From Octopus sinensis (Eukaryota): 64,000 nucleotides of DNA. The DNA lies in contig NC_043002.1 of assembly GCF_006345805.1 (NCBI RefSeq), positions 91,326,001 through 91,390,000 of the forward strand, in the 5' to 3' direction. The notes beneath the pieces are model-generated. The model saw nothing but the letters and a program-made list of their open reading frames with translations. It had not been told where the DNA came from and did no database searches. Made by a program: the position numbers and the translations under genes. Positions 22,905 to 36,269 of the stretch are shown piece by piece (the stretch's first letter is position 1; each line of letters starts with the position of its first letter).

Positions 22905-23430
22905 TGTGTGTGTGCATGTGGGAATATGCATGTGTGTGTGTGTGTGTGTGTGTGCATGTGGGAGTATGCATGTGTGTGTGTGTGTGTGTGCATGTGGGAG
23001 TATGCATGTGTGTGTGTATGTGTGTGTGTGCATGTGGGAGTATGCATGTGTGTGTGTGTGCATGTGGGAGTATGCATGTGTGTGTGTGCGCATGTGGGAG
23101 TATGCATGTGTGTGTGTGTGTGTGTGCACGTGTGAGTATGCATGTGTGTGTGTGCATGTGGGAGTATGCATGTGTATGAGTGTGTGTGTGTGTGCATGTG
23201 GGAGTATGCTTGTGTGTGTGTGTGTGAGTGCATGTGGGAGTATGCATGTGTGTGTGTGTGTGTGTGCATGTGGGAGTATGCATGTGTGTGTGTGTGTGTG
23301 CATGTGGGAGTATGCATGTGTATGAGTGTGTGTGTGTGCATGTGGGAGTATGCATGTGTGTGTGTGTGCATGTGGGAGTATGCATGTGTGTGTGTGTGCG
23401 TGTGTGTGTGTGGGAGTATGCATGTGTGTG
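22905..23430. repeat. Minisatellite: GCATGTGGGAGTATGCAT plus variable (GT)n, about 15 units
   Basis: Read directly. Confidence 0.9.
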
Positions 23431-24269
23431 TGTGTGTATGTGTGTGTGTTCGTGTAAATGTATGTGTGTCTAAGCATGTGCATGTATGCGTATGTTAGTA
23501 TAAGTAAATGTATGTGCATAACTGTCAATGTACGTTGCGTGTGTGTCTAAGTGTGTGTGTATATTTTATGTATATGTGAATTCGCGCTGATGTCAACTAA
23601 AGCCAGAGTAAAAAGCTAAGCAATATAAGTCTGTCATTACAGTGTGTGTCTATTACAAACCTACATCGCTGGCTAAATCGATCAGTGTTTACCAGACATC
23701 GATCACTAACAACATACACTCCTGATTGGATCTTATTCTATTCCGGGTTAATCAATGTAATTAGCTGCTGCTGCTGCTGCTGCTCCTGCTGTCCATGCTG
23801 TTATTGCTGCTGTTGCTGATGCTGCTGCTGACTATCATTTCTATTCTTTTAATAATTATTCTATCACAAACTACCATTTCCCCCCCCCTCATTTCTACAT
23901 CTCTCTACTTTTCCTTTCTGCCCCCCTCCCCCCAACCTCCCGCTATTCCTCTCTCTCCTTTTCTCCTCCTCAACACCTTTACTCCGACTCTCTTTACTTG
24001 TGTTCATCTTCAAAATTTATGCAAAAATCCTTCTTTATGCTCTTCCTCTCCTTCCTCCCTCCCTCTGTCTCTCTCATGCACATATATTTTCACGTTCTAT
24101 CTCTCACTATTTTCTCTCCCTCACTGTCTGTCTATCTATCTATCTCTATCTCCCCCCTCTCTCTCTCACGCATATAAACTCTATTTGCTCTACCGTACTC
24201 TCGTACACAGTCACTCTAGACATGTTTTACTCGATATATTTATTTATATATTTATTTCTCATATCAACC

Positions 24270-25205
24270 TCTCTGTCCCTTTCTTCCTCTCTTTTTTGCC
24301 TTCTTTCTTTCTTTCTTTCTTATTTCTTTCTTTCTTCCTTCCTTTCTTTCTTTCTTTCTTTCTTTTCCTTCTTTCCTTCTTATTTCTTTCTTTCTTCCTT
24401 TCTTCCTTCCTTCATCTGGTCATTCTTTCTTGTTTCTCTTTTTTCATTCTTTCATTCTTCTTTCTTTTTCTTATTTCTTTATTCTTTCATTCTTTCTTTC
24501 TTATTATTTTTCTTTTCTTTCTCCCTTCCTTCCTTCAATTCCTTCCTTCCTTCCTTCCTTTCTTTCTTTTCTTTTCCTTCTTATTCTTTCATTCTTTAAT
24601 TTCTTTCTTTCTTTCTTTCTTATTTATTTCTTCCTTCATTCCTTCTTTTCTTTCTTTCTTTCCTTCTTATTTCTTTCTTCCTTTCTTTCTTTCGTTCTTT
24701 CTTTCTTACCTTCTTTCTCTCTCTCTCTCTCTCTCTTCCTTCCTTCCTTCCTTCCTCATCTTGTCATTCTTTCTTGTTTCCTCTTTCTTTCATTCTTTCA
24801 TTCTTTCTTTCTTTCTTTCTTTCTCCTTCCCTCTCTCTTCCTGTCTATCTTTCTTTTCTTTTCTTTTCTTTCTTTTCTTTTTCTTCGTTCCTTCGTTCAT
24901 TTCTTCCTTTCTTACCTTCTTTCTCTCTCTCTTCCTTCCTTCCTTCCTTCCTTCCTTCCTTCCTTCCTTCCTTCCTTCCTTCATCTTGTCATTCTTTCTT
25001 GTTTCCTCTTTCTTTCATTTTCATTCTTTCTTTCTCCTCCCCTCTCTCTTCCTATCTATCTTTCTTTTCTTTCCTTTCTTTTCTTTTTCTTCGTTCCTTC
25101 GTTCATTTCTTCCTTTCTTGCCTACTTTCTTTCTCGTTTCTCCTTTCTTCCGCCTTTCTTTCTTTCTTTCTTTCACCCGAACATTCTTTATTATTTCCTT
25201 CTTCC
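24270..25205. repeat. About 0.9-kb polypyrimidine low-complexity tract with internal duplications
   Basis: TCATCT(T/G)GTCATTCTTTCTTGTTT recurs near 24410, 24755 and 24980; the 476-aa ORF over it is an artefact. Confidence 0.9.
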
Positions 25206-25269
25206 TTTTCAAAGGCACTAATTAGACTTTTGTTTCATGTCCGTTCACCGATTATGAAGATGATGGCGG

Positions 25270-25900
25270 CGGCTGTAGTGGTGATGGTGGTGGTGGCTAT
25301 GATGGGGTGTGGTAGTGTTGATGGCAGTGGTATTGGTGGCGGTGGTATTGGTGGTGGTGATGGTGGTGGTGGCTATGATGGGGTGTGGTAGTGTTGATGG
25401 TGGTGGTATTGGTGGCGGTGTATTGGTGGTGGCAGTGGTATTAGTGGCGGTGGTATTGGTGGTGGTGATGGTGGTGGTGGCTATGATGGGGTGTGGTAGT
25501 GTTGATGGCAGTGGTATTGGTGGCGGTGGTATTGGTGGTGGTGATGGTGGTGGTGGCTATGATGGGGTGTGGTAGTGTTGATGGCAGTGGTATTAGTGGC
25601 GGTGGTATTGGTGGTGGTGATGGTGGTGGTGGCTATGATGGGGTGTGGTAGTGTTGATGGCAGTGGTATTGGTGGCGGTGGTATTGGTGGTGGTGGTGAT
25701 GGTGGTAACATTGATAGTGGTGCTGGTGGAAGTGTAGAAGGTGATGGTGGTGGCGACTGCGGCGACCGTGTTAACAGTATGATGACAATGATGATGACCA
25801 TGATCCTGGTGATCCTCACGATGATGGTGGTGCTGGTGGAGGCGGAGAAGGTGATGGTGTTGGTGGTTGTGGTGGTAGTGGTGCTGGTGGTGATGATGTT
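25270..25900. repeat. GGT-rich minisatellite, about 75-bp unit, about 5 copies
   Basis: GGCTATGATGGGGTGTGGTAGTGTTGATGG recurs at about 25295, 25372, 25480, 25553 and 25630. Confidence 0.85.
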
Positions 25901-26156
25901 CTTCTTGTTGGTGGCGACCGTTTGAACAGTAAAGGAGTAACGACCGAACAATGGAAAACAAACAAAAAAAAACATCGATTTAATGAACAATATATTGAAG
26001 TTTCAATATTTCTATCAATGATTGATTGAAATTTGTTGTTCGATTGTTTTAGCTTATTGTTCAGTTATTCACTCCTTTGGTATATTCTGTTGCTGGCACA
26101 TACAACACACACACAACACAATCAACAATGTATATATATATATATATAATATATAT

Positions 26157-26197
<41 letters not shown>

Positions 26198-26318
26198 TAT
26201 ATATATACAGATACATTCATATATACGCATAAATATACACACACGCATCCACACATATGCGTACATACATATATATATATGTATATATATATATTTCTTT
26301 ATTGCCCACAAGGGGCTA

Positions 26319-26349
<31 letters not shown>

Positions 26350-26404
26350 TATGAATGTATATGTGCATTAGTCAGTATGAATTTGTGTTCATGTATATGT
26401 GTGT

Positions 26405-26443
<39 letters not shown>

Positions 26444-26616
26444 TGTGGTGTGTGTGTGTGTGTAAGGAGTGGTCGATTTTTTTTTTCACGCTCGAAGCAG
26501 CAATCGAACACAGATATAATTGCAGAATACACAATTTTCTCTTTCTATTAATCATGGAACCACACGCACACACACTATCCGCACCTCCCACATCATTTAC
26601 ACACACACACACAGTC

Positions 26617-26673
<57 letters not shown>

Positions 26674-27014
26674 CATCTCGGTCTTTCTTCCACAGCCACC
26701 AAATGACCCTTCCACTCAGATTTGTATTTTGTTTTCATGATATTTGTTAGGGCGACGAAGATAATATTTTTAGTAGCTGAAGAAACGTGCTAAACTCATC
26801 TGATTTGAGGTTTCACCTTTCTGAATGACAGCCATCCAAAGAATGGATAATCATAATGATACCTTCCGTCTTCCATAAAAAAAAAAATGCAATGGCATCA
26901 TATATATCAAATGGAGTCAATCTTATTTCTTTAGCTCAAAGTCGTCGGCCCTGATTGAGCAAACCAATAGGCGAAGACGTTCTGGCCGTGACCAGTCCTT
27001 CTTACTATTGATTT

Positions 27015-27215
27015 CAAATTTGGCACAAAATAAGCAAGTTCTGGAGAGTGGGTAAGTCGATTATATCGACACCGCCACTTGACTGGTAGTTATTTTATCG
27101 ATCCTGTAAAGGATAAAAGGCAAATCGACCTCGGCGGAATTTTAGCTCAGAATGTAAAAACTGACAAAATACAGCGATGCATTTTGCCCGGCTTCCAAGC
27201 GATTCTGCTAGATCA
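27015..27215 (-). mobile_element. SINE family A, diverged
   Basis: AAGTCGATTATATCGAC...CCTCGGCGGAATTT. Confidence 0.65.
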
Positions 27216-27304
27216 TTATCTTTTCGTCCGTCTTAATATTCGTGAATGGTGGGGGTGCGGGGGTTAGTATTAAATGATTTAATTTATATGATTTTAGTCA
27301 GTAT

Positions 27305-27608
27305 TAGCGTGAAGGTGCATGGCTTAGTGGTTTAATAACGTCGAGAGTTCAACTCCTGGCGCTGTGCTGTGTCCCTGAGCAAGACACTTTATTTCACAGT
27401 GCTCCAGTCCACTCAGCTGGCAAAAATAAACTGCACCTGTATTTCAAAGGGTCAGCCTTGTCACACTCTTTGTCACGCTGAATCCCCCTGAGAACTACGT
27501 TACGGGTACGCGGGCCTGTGGAGTGCTCAATCACATTCACGCTAATTTCACGAGCCTGCTGTTAATCAGACCAACTGAAACACCTCTCGTCGTAACCGAT
27601 GGAGCGCC
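27305..27608 (+). mobile_element. tRNA-SINE sharing the family C tail
   Basis: GCATGGCTTAGTGG head; tail CTCGTCGTAACCGATGGAGCG. Confidence 0.75.
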
Positions 27609-27756
27609 AGTTAGTCTTAGTGATAACTCTAGTTGCTGTTTGGCTTCAGGTTAGACCAGATCCAGCAGACCTATAATCAAAGATGGTTCAGCTGTGGCCG
27701 TCCCATCTTTTATCAAGACATAGCGTAACTAGTACTAGAATATTAATGATCCAAAC

Positions 27757-28070
27757 CATTGGTTCTCAACCATACTTTATATATGGGACCCTTTTATTAT
27801 TAGTTTCTTTTGGCGGGCCCACATAGCTATTTGATGTTTAAAAAACTAGTTTTATAGATACTTCTTTCAAGATTCCTATTTTTTTTAATTTTTGAACCAT
27901 ATAAAACATTTGAGAAAGATATCTAATTATTTCTTGTAATAAATTCCCTTAAAGAAAAAATTGCTTAATGTACTATTGTGGATCCCCAATTTACTATTTC
28001 GCTTGTGTAGACCCCCAACAATCTTACCTTGACAGCTTGGGGTCATGTGGACCCCAGTTAAGAACCACTG
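27757..28070. mobile_element. hAT (Charlie-like) MITE
   Basis: TIRs CA(T/G)TGGTTCT(C/T)AAC; decayed 8-bp TSD ATCCAAAC/ATATAAAC. Confidence 0.75.
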
Positions 28071-28225
28071 ATATAAACTATTATTCAGAATTTCTCTACT
28101 TGATTTTTTTGTAAAAGAGTACAATAATCCCTTTTGCGCTAGCGGCAGTTTTCCGGAGTGTAAAAGCAACTCCTGATAAAAATACTTTAAATCCTTGTAT
28201 TAGTATATATATCTAGCTAGTTACC

Positions 28226-28492
28226 TATAAATACATACATACATACATACATACATACATACATACATACATACATACATACACACACACATACATACAT
28301 TCATGCATGCATACATACATACATACACAACATACATACATACATACATACATACATACATACATGCATGCATGCATACATACATACATATATATATACA
28401 TACACACATACATGCATACATGCATGCATGCATGCATACATACATACATACATACATACATACATACATACATACATACATACATACATACA
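28226..28492. repeat. (TACA)n microsatellite
   Basis: Read directly. Confidence 0.95.
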
Positions 28493-28494
28493 AA

Positions 28495-29065
28495 AGGCCA
28501 TGCATGAGTAGGTTTCCCGAAGACTTGAAGAAAACAGTAACATTGACACGAAGTAAAGCCTCTCTTGGACTCGAGACCACTACTTCACATCACACTTCGA
28601 AAGCTATGTGTTTGCAAGCCAAGAACAGGAGATTGCCACTAAATATCTAAAAAAAAAAAAAGAGACAGTGAAACTTTTGGAGTCCCAAGATGCAACTGAA
28701 AATGTAGATTATGTCATATTTCTGTGGAAGACATCACACATGTGATTAGCAGCTGCCTCAAAAATGTCAAGGTACTACTTGCCTATGAGACATGACGTGG
28801 TCGGAAAGGCAATAAACAATATACAATGGCATCCGGAAAAAAATGACTGTTTTGGAATAAATATAGAGACTCGCCGTTACTGAATATGTACACAAAAAAA
28901 CCCAGCACAAGCAATATTGGTGGAACATTCCCATGAAAACATATGTCACGTGTAAGCATAACTGGCTGGATATTGTTGTTTGGGACAGGCAAGAAAATTA
29001 CGTACCGTCATAGAGGTCAGCTGTCCTGCTGATGTGAATATCTCTGTGAAAATCAAAGAGAAAGA
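28495..29065 (+). pseudogene. CCHC plus RLE fragment of the second R4-like lineage
   Basis: Frameshifted FESYVFASQEQEIATKYL, KCRLCHISVEDITHVISSC..MSRYYLPMRHDVVGK, YWWNIPMKT..CKHN..DIVVWDR..VIEVSCPADVNISVKIKEKE. Confidence 0.8.
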
Positions 29066-29571
29066 AGCCTCATTTGTAAATGGACTAATGTTGATTGTAT
29101 ATTGAATATTTTATTGTATGTTATTGCATGTTATTATTATTTGTAATGGACTTTTAAGTTCAATAATTGTAAAAACTGTCGTGAGAGGTTCAATACCATG
29201 TCTTGTTTATTCTGTTGGAAAAAAAAAAAGAACAATGTTTTAGAGAAGCAGAAAATCGGCGGGCGTTTTTTGCCTTTTCTCATCAATATCATCCTTGTTT
29301 CATCATTGTGTATGTCCAGCTCGCAAGCTACTCTTTGTAATGCCTTAAAGTAGATGCCTGCCGTCTGAATAAGCTTGAATTTTCATAAGACAAAAAAATC
29401 AACCAACTGACTCGCACATTGCAAGAAAGTGGAAGACCAAGACTTTTCTCGGATTTAAATGTGACATTGTTTTCTTTATCTACATTCCAGCGATGGAGCT
29501 TTGTATCTTTGTTAGAAACCAGCTCCTTCTTCAAAGGTTGAATTAAAAAAAAAAACACACACAAAAGAACA

Positions 29572-29980
29572 TAGGCGCAGGAGTGGCTGTGTGGTAAGTA
29601 GCTTGTTTACCAGCCACATGGTTCCGGGTTCAGTCCCACTGCGTGGCACCTTGGGCAAGTGTCTTCTACTATAGCCTCGGGCCAACCAAAGCCTTGTGAG
29701 TGGATTTGGTAGACGGAAACGGAAAGAAGCCCGTCGTATATATGTACATATATATATGCGTGCGTGTGTTTGTGTGTCTGTGTTTGTCCCCCTAGCATTG
29801 CTTGACAACCGATGCTGGTGTGTTTATGTCCCCGTTACTTAGCGGTTCGGCAAAAGAGACCGATAGAATAAGTACTGGGCTTACAAAAGAATAAGTCCCG
29901 ATGTCGATTTGCTCGATTAAAAGGCGGTGCTCCAGCATGGCCGCAGTCAAATGACTGAAACAAGTAAATGAGTAAAGAGT
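29572..29980 (+). mobile_element. SINE family B, full length
   Basis: Matches 13110-13545. Confidence 0.9.
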
Positions 29981-30449
29981 ATACAAGCATACATACAGAC
30001 AGAGAAACGTTGATTCTCCAAGATATTCTAAAAATTCTCCATTGAGATTCTTTAGGAAAAACAGATGCGCATCCATAGTTCAACAAATACACCAACTCAA
30101 CTATTTATTTAAAAACACCGGGAAATATTTTAAATAAAGAATAAATCTTGTCGCTTTGTTAGCGACCGGCTTGAACTCTCTTAAGAAGAACAAACAAAAA
30201 TAGTCAATGAAAAAACATGCACATAAGCAAGTATATATTCGAAAAAATGAACAAGAATGATTTTCTGATAATTATTTCCCACTTCAATGATTTAGTCTTT
30301 GCAAATTGTATTGTGATAATGTTTTTGTTTTTTGTTGGTTTTTTTATTTCTTTTTGGCGGGGTGGGGGTCACTCTGTTACTTGTGCGTGTGTGTACTGGA
30401 AATAGGGATTTGAAGGGTTTTTGTTGAAATAAAGCTCCGTACTTATACT

Positions 30450-30702
30450 TTTTAAAGCTTGATACTTATTTTATCGACATCTTATGCCGACCCGCTAAGT
30501 TACGAGGACATAAACACACCAAGCGGTGATGGGGGAGAACAAACACAAACACAAATCCACACACACGCACAGCACCTATACGACGGGTTTCTTTAAGTTT
30601 CCGTCCGCTAAATCCATTCACAAGGCTTTGGTCGGTTCGAGGTTATAGTAGAAGACTCTTGGTTGGAATCAAGAATCTTACCGCACAGCCGCGCCTGCGC
30701 CT
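30450..30702 (-). mobile_element. SINE family B, diverged with deletions
   Basis: CCGCTAAGTTACG..TTTCCGTC..AAATCCA..CACAAGGC. Confidence 0.65.
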
Positions 30703-31914
30703 AGATTAAATTAACTTTATATTACATTGTTTATTAATATAATTAGAATTCCAATGATTAAAATATGTAGACATTATTTACTAATTTGATTAAAGTAAGA
30801 ACAATCACGATGCCAGACATTATTTATTAACGTTTTCCTTGTCGATAGACAGCGGTACGGTTGCAATTTATTATTTTTTTTTAATGAAGAACATGATTTT
30901 ATTTAATAAATACAAATACAGATTAATACTTTAAAAAAGATGAAAAAAAATAAAGAAAGGGGAAAATGGAGAAAATGGTGGGGAAAGCAACGGAAGATGA
31001 AGGGAGAGGCATTGCTTCTGTTTTGATAAAAAGACGTCGTAAAGTTAGATATTGCATTTCTATCACTCGGTTTCTAGTCTTGGTTAAGTTTTGGGTGATT
31101 ACGTTAAAACATTTTTACTACGTCATTTTATGTACAAATTAAAATAATCTCCAAACAAATTGAAAATGCTAGAATTGGATTAAAATAATCTCGAAACAGA
31201 TTACAATAATCTCGGAGCAAATTAAATCTTTTTCTAAGTGAATAAAGCTATTAAACCATATTTCCGATGCCTTCATTTAATAAGCTATAAATAGTTTTAT
31301 TTGAGCTGGTAACATTTCTTGATCAACTATCAAAACATCTTTCGTGAGTTTATGAGAACCAGCTATTTTGGAAATGCAGAACTCTTATTCTGGTTGTAAA
31401 TGCACCTACTTCAATGAAATCATCCTTCTAACAAATTAACTTTTAATCTATGCTTTAATGTAAATGACTGCAAAGCTTATTCGTTGTTAATTAGGTGCAT
31501 TCGTTTAACTACTCAACAAATAACACAGTATTTTCACGTTCTATCTTCTTGACTTTATCACAGACACCACTGTGGTGCAAATTATGAAGTCTGATCTCTG
31601 CGTATCCAATTATACGATGTTGCTTCTTAATGCCAAATGCGTCATCAATGGATTCTTGCTTAGCAACTGACAGTACACATAAGCGAGTTTCAAGTGAAGA
31701 CTTCTTGCCTGGCTTCCGCTTGTTTCCTAGCTCAACGCTTTGTAGAATACAAGTACGTGTAGCAAAAGATCAAATATTGCTCTTATCCTAAAGTAAAAAC
31801 ACATTACTGTGGGCCTAAGCCGAAAGGAATAATTTTACATTTAAATCGGCGTAAGTTCAACGATTGAAAACATAGATATCTATTATACTCTATCGAAATA
31901 TCTACTACTTAATT

Positions 31915-32145
31915 TGCATGGCTCAGTGGTTAGAGCGTCGAGCTTACGATCGTGAGGTTGTGAGCTCGAATCCCGGACCGGGCTGCGTGTTGTTTTCTTG
32001 AGCAAGGCACTTTATTTCACGTTGCTCCAGTTCACTCAGCTGTAGAAATGAGTTACGACGTCACAGGTGCCAAGCTGTATCGACCTTTGTCTTTCCCTTG
32101 GTGGCGTGGTGAAGGGAGGCTGGTATGCATGGGCGACTGCTCCGT
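31915..32145 (+). mobile_element. tRNA(Arg)-like SINE
   Basis: GCATGGCTCAGTGGTTAGAGCGTCGAGCTTACGATCGTGAGGTTGTGAGCTCGAATCCC (ACG anticodon loop), then CTTGAGCAAGGCACTTTATTTC. Confidence 0.75.
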
Positions 32146-33254
32146 GATAATTTTAATTTTAATTTGTTTCAAGATCATTTAAATTTGTTCCGAGATTATT
32201 TATATTTTCTCTGAAATTATGTTTATTTGCTCTAAGATTATTTTTAAATGTTTGGAGTGTATTTAAATTTACTTTGAATATGTTTTAACTCGCTTCTAGT
32301 TACCTAGAAGACATTCTTCGATTATATCATTTGGTAGCTAAAAAGGAGTAATAAAAAAAAAAAGATTTCTTGGCTTATATGTATAAGACAGAAAATTATT
32401 TACTGCACTGCAACTCTATTTTATACATGACTTTAATTTTAAAACTACTTTTTCTTACGTTATTTTGTAATACAAGAATAGTTTCATGCAATTTACACAC
32501 GCAACAAGGTCTCAAACAGACAAACGCGGTCTCCGTAACGGACTAAGAGAAAAGTCGCTAAAAAGGTTACAAATAGCAACGAAAGAACTTTAACAAAAGA
32601 AAAGCAAAACAAAAACAAAACAAAAAGATTTACTATTTAACCAAGTTAAACAAACAATCAATAATTAGTTAATGATAATGATATTTAACCAATTGGCTGA
32701 TAATAAGGGTGTGGAATTGAACCAGTGCGTGAGTTAATAATATTGGTATAATGATTCTCCCTACACACAACAAAAAAATTTAATAAATATGAAAAAAATG
32801 CAATGATTTCAACTTGCAGAATTTTTATTCAGTATCGTATAATACGATACTGAGTAAGATAAAGTAAATGTGATTTTCGAGATATAATCATCGACAAGAT
32901 GTTCTCTATAAATTTATTACTTCGTGTTAACACGTTTTAGCCTTCTGTTTTTATACATCGTTTTCTTTTTAATGAATCTAAAACAATTTTTGCTTCGTAA
33001 AATCCCAAATGCAAATTCATTATTTTTCTTCTTTATAAATTTTTTTTGTATGTAACATCCTATTATTTATAGTCGCACATCGTTTATTTAGACATTTTAT
33101 GTGTAAATTTGTAAATTTTTTGAGACTGTATGGACGTGTTTTTATAAATACTATTTTGTTTTGATATCGTTTATTTGCTCTCAATTAGATATTTCTTAGC
33201 CACGTGAACAAGCAGGAAAACAAACAAAATGGTTCATGTGGTGCTACTATATTA

Positions 33255-33560
33255 TTGAAAAGAACCGCTTCTGGCCGGTAGTTGAATCCGTGTTACTTCA
33301 GAGTGTTACCACCTGGACAACCAAAACTTAAAAGCTCGAATCAATGATGGATGTTACCTATATACTCGAATGCTTGGTGCCTATACAATAAACTTGCTCA
33401 TGTCTAGGACACTACTGGAGAAAGAAAAAAAGGGCTTGCTTAGCTGAACATTCCTGGAAAAGTAAGAGAGAGCTAGTTAGTGGCACTCAACTTTGGACAT
33501 CGTGATACGGTCGTAAACTCATTGATACCCTGCAAAGGCAAATGCCAAATTAACAGATGA
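33255..33560 (+). pseudogene. Ancient RTE-clade LINE C-terminal remnant
   Basis: Frameshifted VVESVLL..WTTKT..DG..YTRMLGA..HSWKSKRELVS..LWT. Confidence 0.65.
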
Positions 33561-33747
33561 CTCGGAGGGCACGTGACGCACGTTACAGATGGGTAATGGA
33601 TCAAGGTTATGTGAATGCAACCAAGCTTAATCTGATGAAGAAGAGTACAACCATTACATCAAAAGCAAATACAAAGAATATTGAAACGAAGTTCAACAAA
33701 TGTAATCTAGAACTAATACTCTCTCTCTCTCTCTCTCTCTATTTCTT

Positions 33748-33779
<32 letters not shown>

Positions 33780-34251
33780 GCTCGCTCGCTCACTCTTTAG
33801 ATAATCGTTGATATTTGTCTCTTTTAATGAAAATATCTTATCTTATAAAACTGTGAGGCATCAAATGTAAAAGTGCACTTTTCGAAATTACACACAGAAA
33901 ATGTGCTTTTTAAAGCATACTACCATAGCAAAACAAGATATTTGAAAGACGCCCAACTTTAGATATATCTTAAACCAAAAGTTGATAATTACGTTATTGA
34001 TTTATAAAAGATACCAAAATTAATAGCTAAATGTGGACAGCGATACATAATTGGAGAGACGCTAATAATATTCTCAATTTCTGAAAGTCTCACTAGATAT
34101 ACAAATGTTTACAATCGGTTCCTCTCAGTAGTAACTCGGTATATCGCCAGATTTATGAATTGGTGGAGGATTTGTATATTCAGTTGTATATGAAAATCTA
34201 CTATTTTTATTATACAGCTTAATTAATCAAGCTTAAGAAGCAACAAACTAC

Positions 34252-34622
34252 ATCATCATCATCATTGTTCGACCGTGGTCGAGACAATGGAATTTACTAT
34301 GCTACACCAGACTTCACGGTCCATCATAGCACTACGGAGGTCCTGTTGCTGGATGCCTGTATCCCTGGAGATTACATCAGGGTAGGAGAGTGTGCGCCCT
34401 CTGGTATCGCCAGTAGATGGCTTCCAGAGGGGAAGAGTAGATATTGCCTCGTTTTCAGCTCTACAACAATGTCCAGCAAACTGGACTCTCCTACCCTACA
34501 CAAGAAATAATACAGGTGGTAGTTTCCCATATATTTGTACTTTGGTTGGATGACGCTTCCACGAGAGATTTTGAGCTCTCATAAGGAAGCGAGTGTAAGT
34601 TCCATCCAACCGCCTCTCAAGC
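34252..34622 (-). pseudogene. RTE-clade LINE 3' end with (GAT)n tail
   Basis: LERRLDGTYTRFLMRAQNLSWKRHPTKVQIYGKLPP...FAGHCCRAENE...GRTLSYPDVISRDTG..MMDREVW; one stop codon. Confidence 0.85.
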
Positions 34623-35193
34623 TTCTTTCATTACAAAGCTACACTGATGTCTGATACAAACGGATGTTTTCAAGTATTAAAAATTTATATTACGAATACA
34701 ATAATCTAATATAGTGTTTAATATAGTATTGTGTGAAATGATAGTGTAATTTCTATTACAGCTTACCAATAAGGTATTGCGTCAAGTATAAGAAAAGACT
34801 CCATTGCTATTTACTGTAAGATTCAACGTTAGCACTTTGTGAGTTGCTGTCTTCAAGTATATCTCTAATCATCTTTGATAAAAAAAAAAATTCTAATCAC
34901 GGGTATTATTTGTCCATTCAGCTTTCTGAACAGAATACTGAACATTTTGAAGAATGTTCGAAAAACATTCGTTTGAAGAACAGTTCGTTAAACTGTTCGA
35001 AAAGTGTTTCTTTCACTCTCGTTATTATTGGTAAACAAACTATGATTGCAAACAGAAGACCTTCACTTCATTCATGGAAATATGGCTTGACTTGTATAAC
35101 GTTTATGACGAGACGGACATCCAGAGTTCAAATACTGCAGTGGTCGACTTTGACATTCAGCCTAATCACTAATCCATGCGTGTCCACACACAT

Positions 35194-35263
<70 letters not shown>

Positions 35264-35401
35264 CTCACACACATACTTACACACACACGTGTGTGTGTAT
35301 GCGTGCATGTGTGACTCTGTGTATATGTGTACATATCAATATCTATATATATATATATATATATATTTGTGTGTGTGTGGCATATATATATATATATATA
35401 T

Positions 35402-35432
<31 letters not shown>

Positions 35433-35448
35433 TAGATATATGTATGTA

Positions 35449-35505
<57 letters not shown>

Positions 35506-35769
35506 TATATATATGCAAACTATATTTATACGGATCAAACGCTTGAAACTCAAGAGTACCAACGAATTTGAATCAAACTGGTTTGATCCATATAAATATA
35601 GTTTGCAAGTTAGAGACTGGTAGTCTCTATATAGAATACACTTCGAAGTGCCCAAGAAATTTGAATTTGAGCCCGTAGATGCGTAAATATAATGAGAAGC
35701 AAGTTAGGCAAGTCGATTTACTCAGAATATTACATTTAATAGAAAAAAAATGTACATTGTTTTGTTCTT

Positions 35770-36166
35770 TTATTCTTTTACCTCTTTCAGTCATTTGACT
35801 TCAGCCATGCAGGAGCACCGCCTTTAGTCGAACAAATCGACCCTAGGACTTACTCTTTGTAAGCCTAGTACTTATTCCATCGATATATTTTGCCAATTCA
35901 CTAGGTTACGGAGACATAAACACCCGACATCGGTTGTCAAACGATAGTGGGGGGACAAACACAGACACACAAATATATACACATATACATATATACACAT
36001 TCGACGGGCTTCTTTCAGTTTCCGTCAACCAAATCCACTCACAAAACTTTTGTCGGCCTGAGCTTATGGTAGAAGACACTTGCTCAAGGTGCCACACAGT
36101 AGGACTGAACCCGGAACTATGTGGTTGGTAAGCAAGCTACTTACCTCACAGCCACTTCTGCGCCTA
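35770..36166 (-). mobile_element. SINE family B, diverged
   Basis: Reverse complement of the family B pattern. Confidence 0.8.
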
Positions 36167-36269
36167 TAACCCCTCCTGCGTCTATGTGTATGGATATAAA
36201 GTAGTCCAACTTACAGAATATAAATGATATCAGGATTTAAATGGGTAGAGTTTTACAAGGCTAACAGCT

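Noticed and set aside
22905-23430. CRISPR-like array
   Set aside because: The spacers are only (GT)n, the context is eukaryotic, and no cas genes are present.
22671-23528. His/Thr- and Cys/Val-rich ORFs (285 aa and others)
   Set aside because: They are translations of a (GT)n-based minisatellite, open in several frames on both strands.
23795-25225. 476-aa ORF (F/L/S-rich)
   Set aside because: It is the translation of a polypyrimidine tract, where stop codons are depleted by composition; no domain is recognisable.
31915-31990. Functional tRNA-Arg gene
   Set aside because: The acceptor stem is not complementary and the sequence continues into a SINE body; it is a SINE head.
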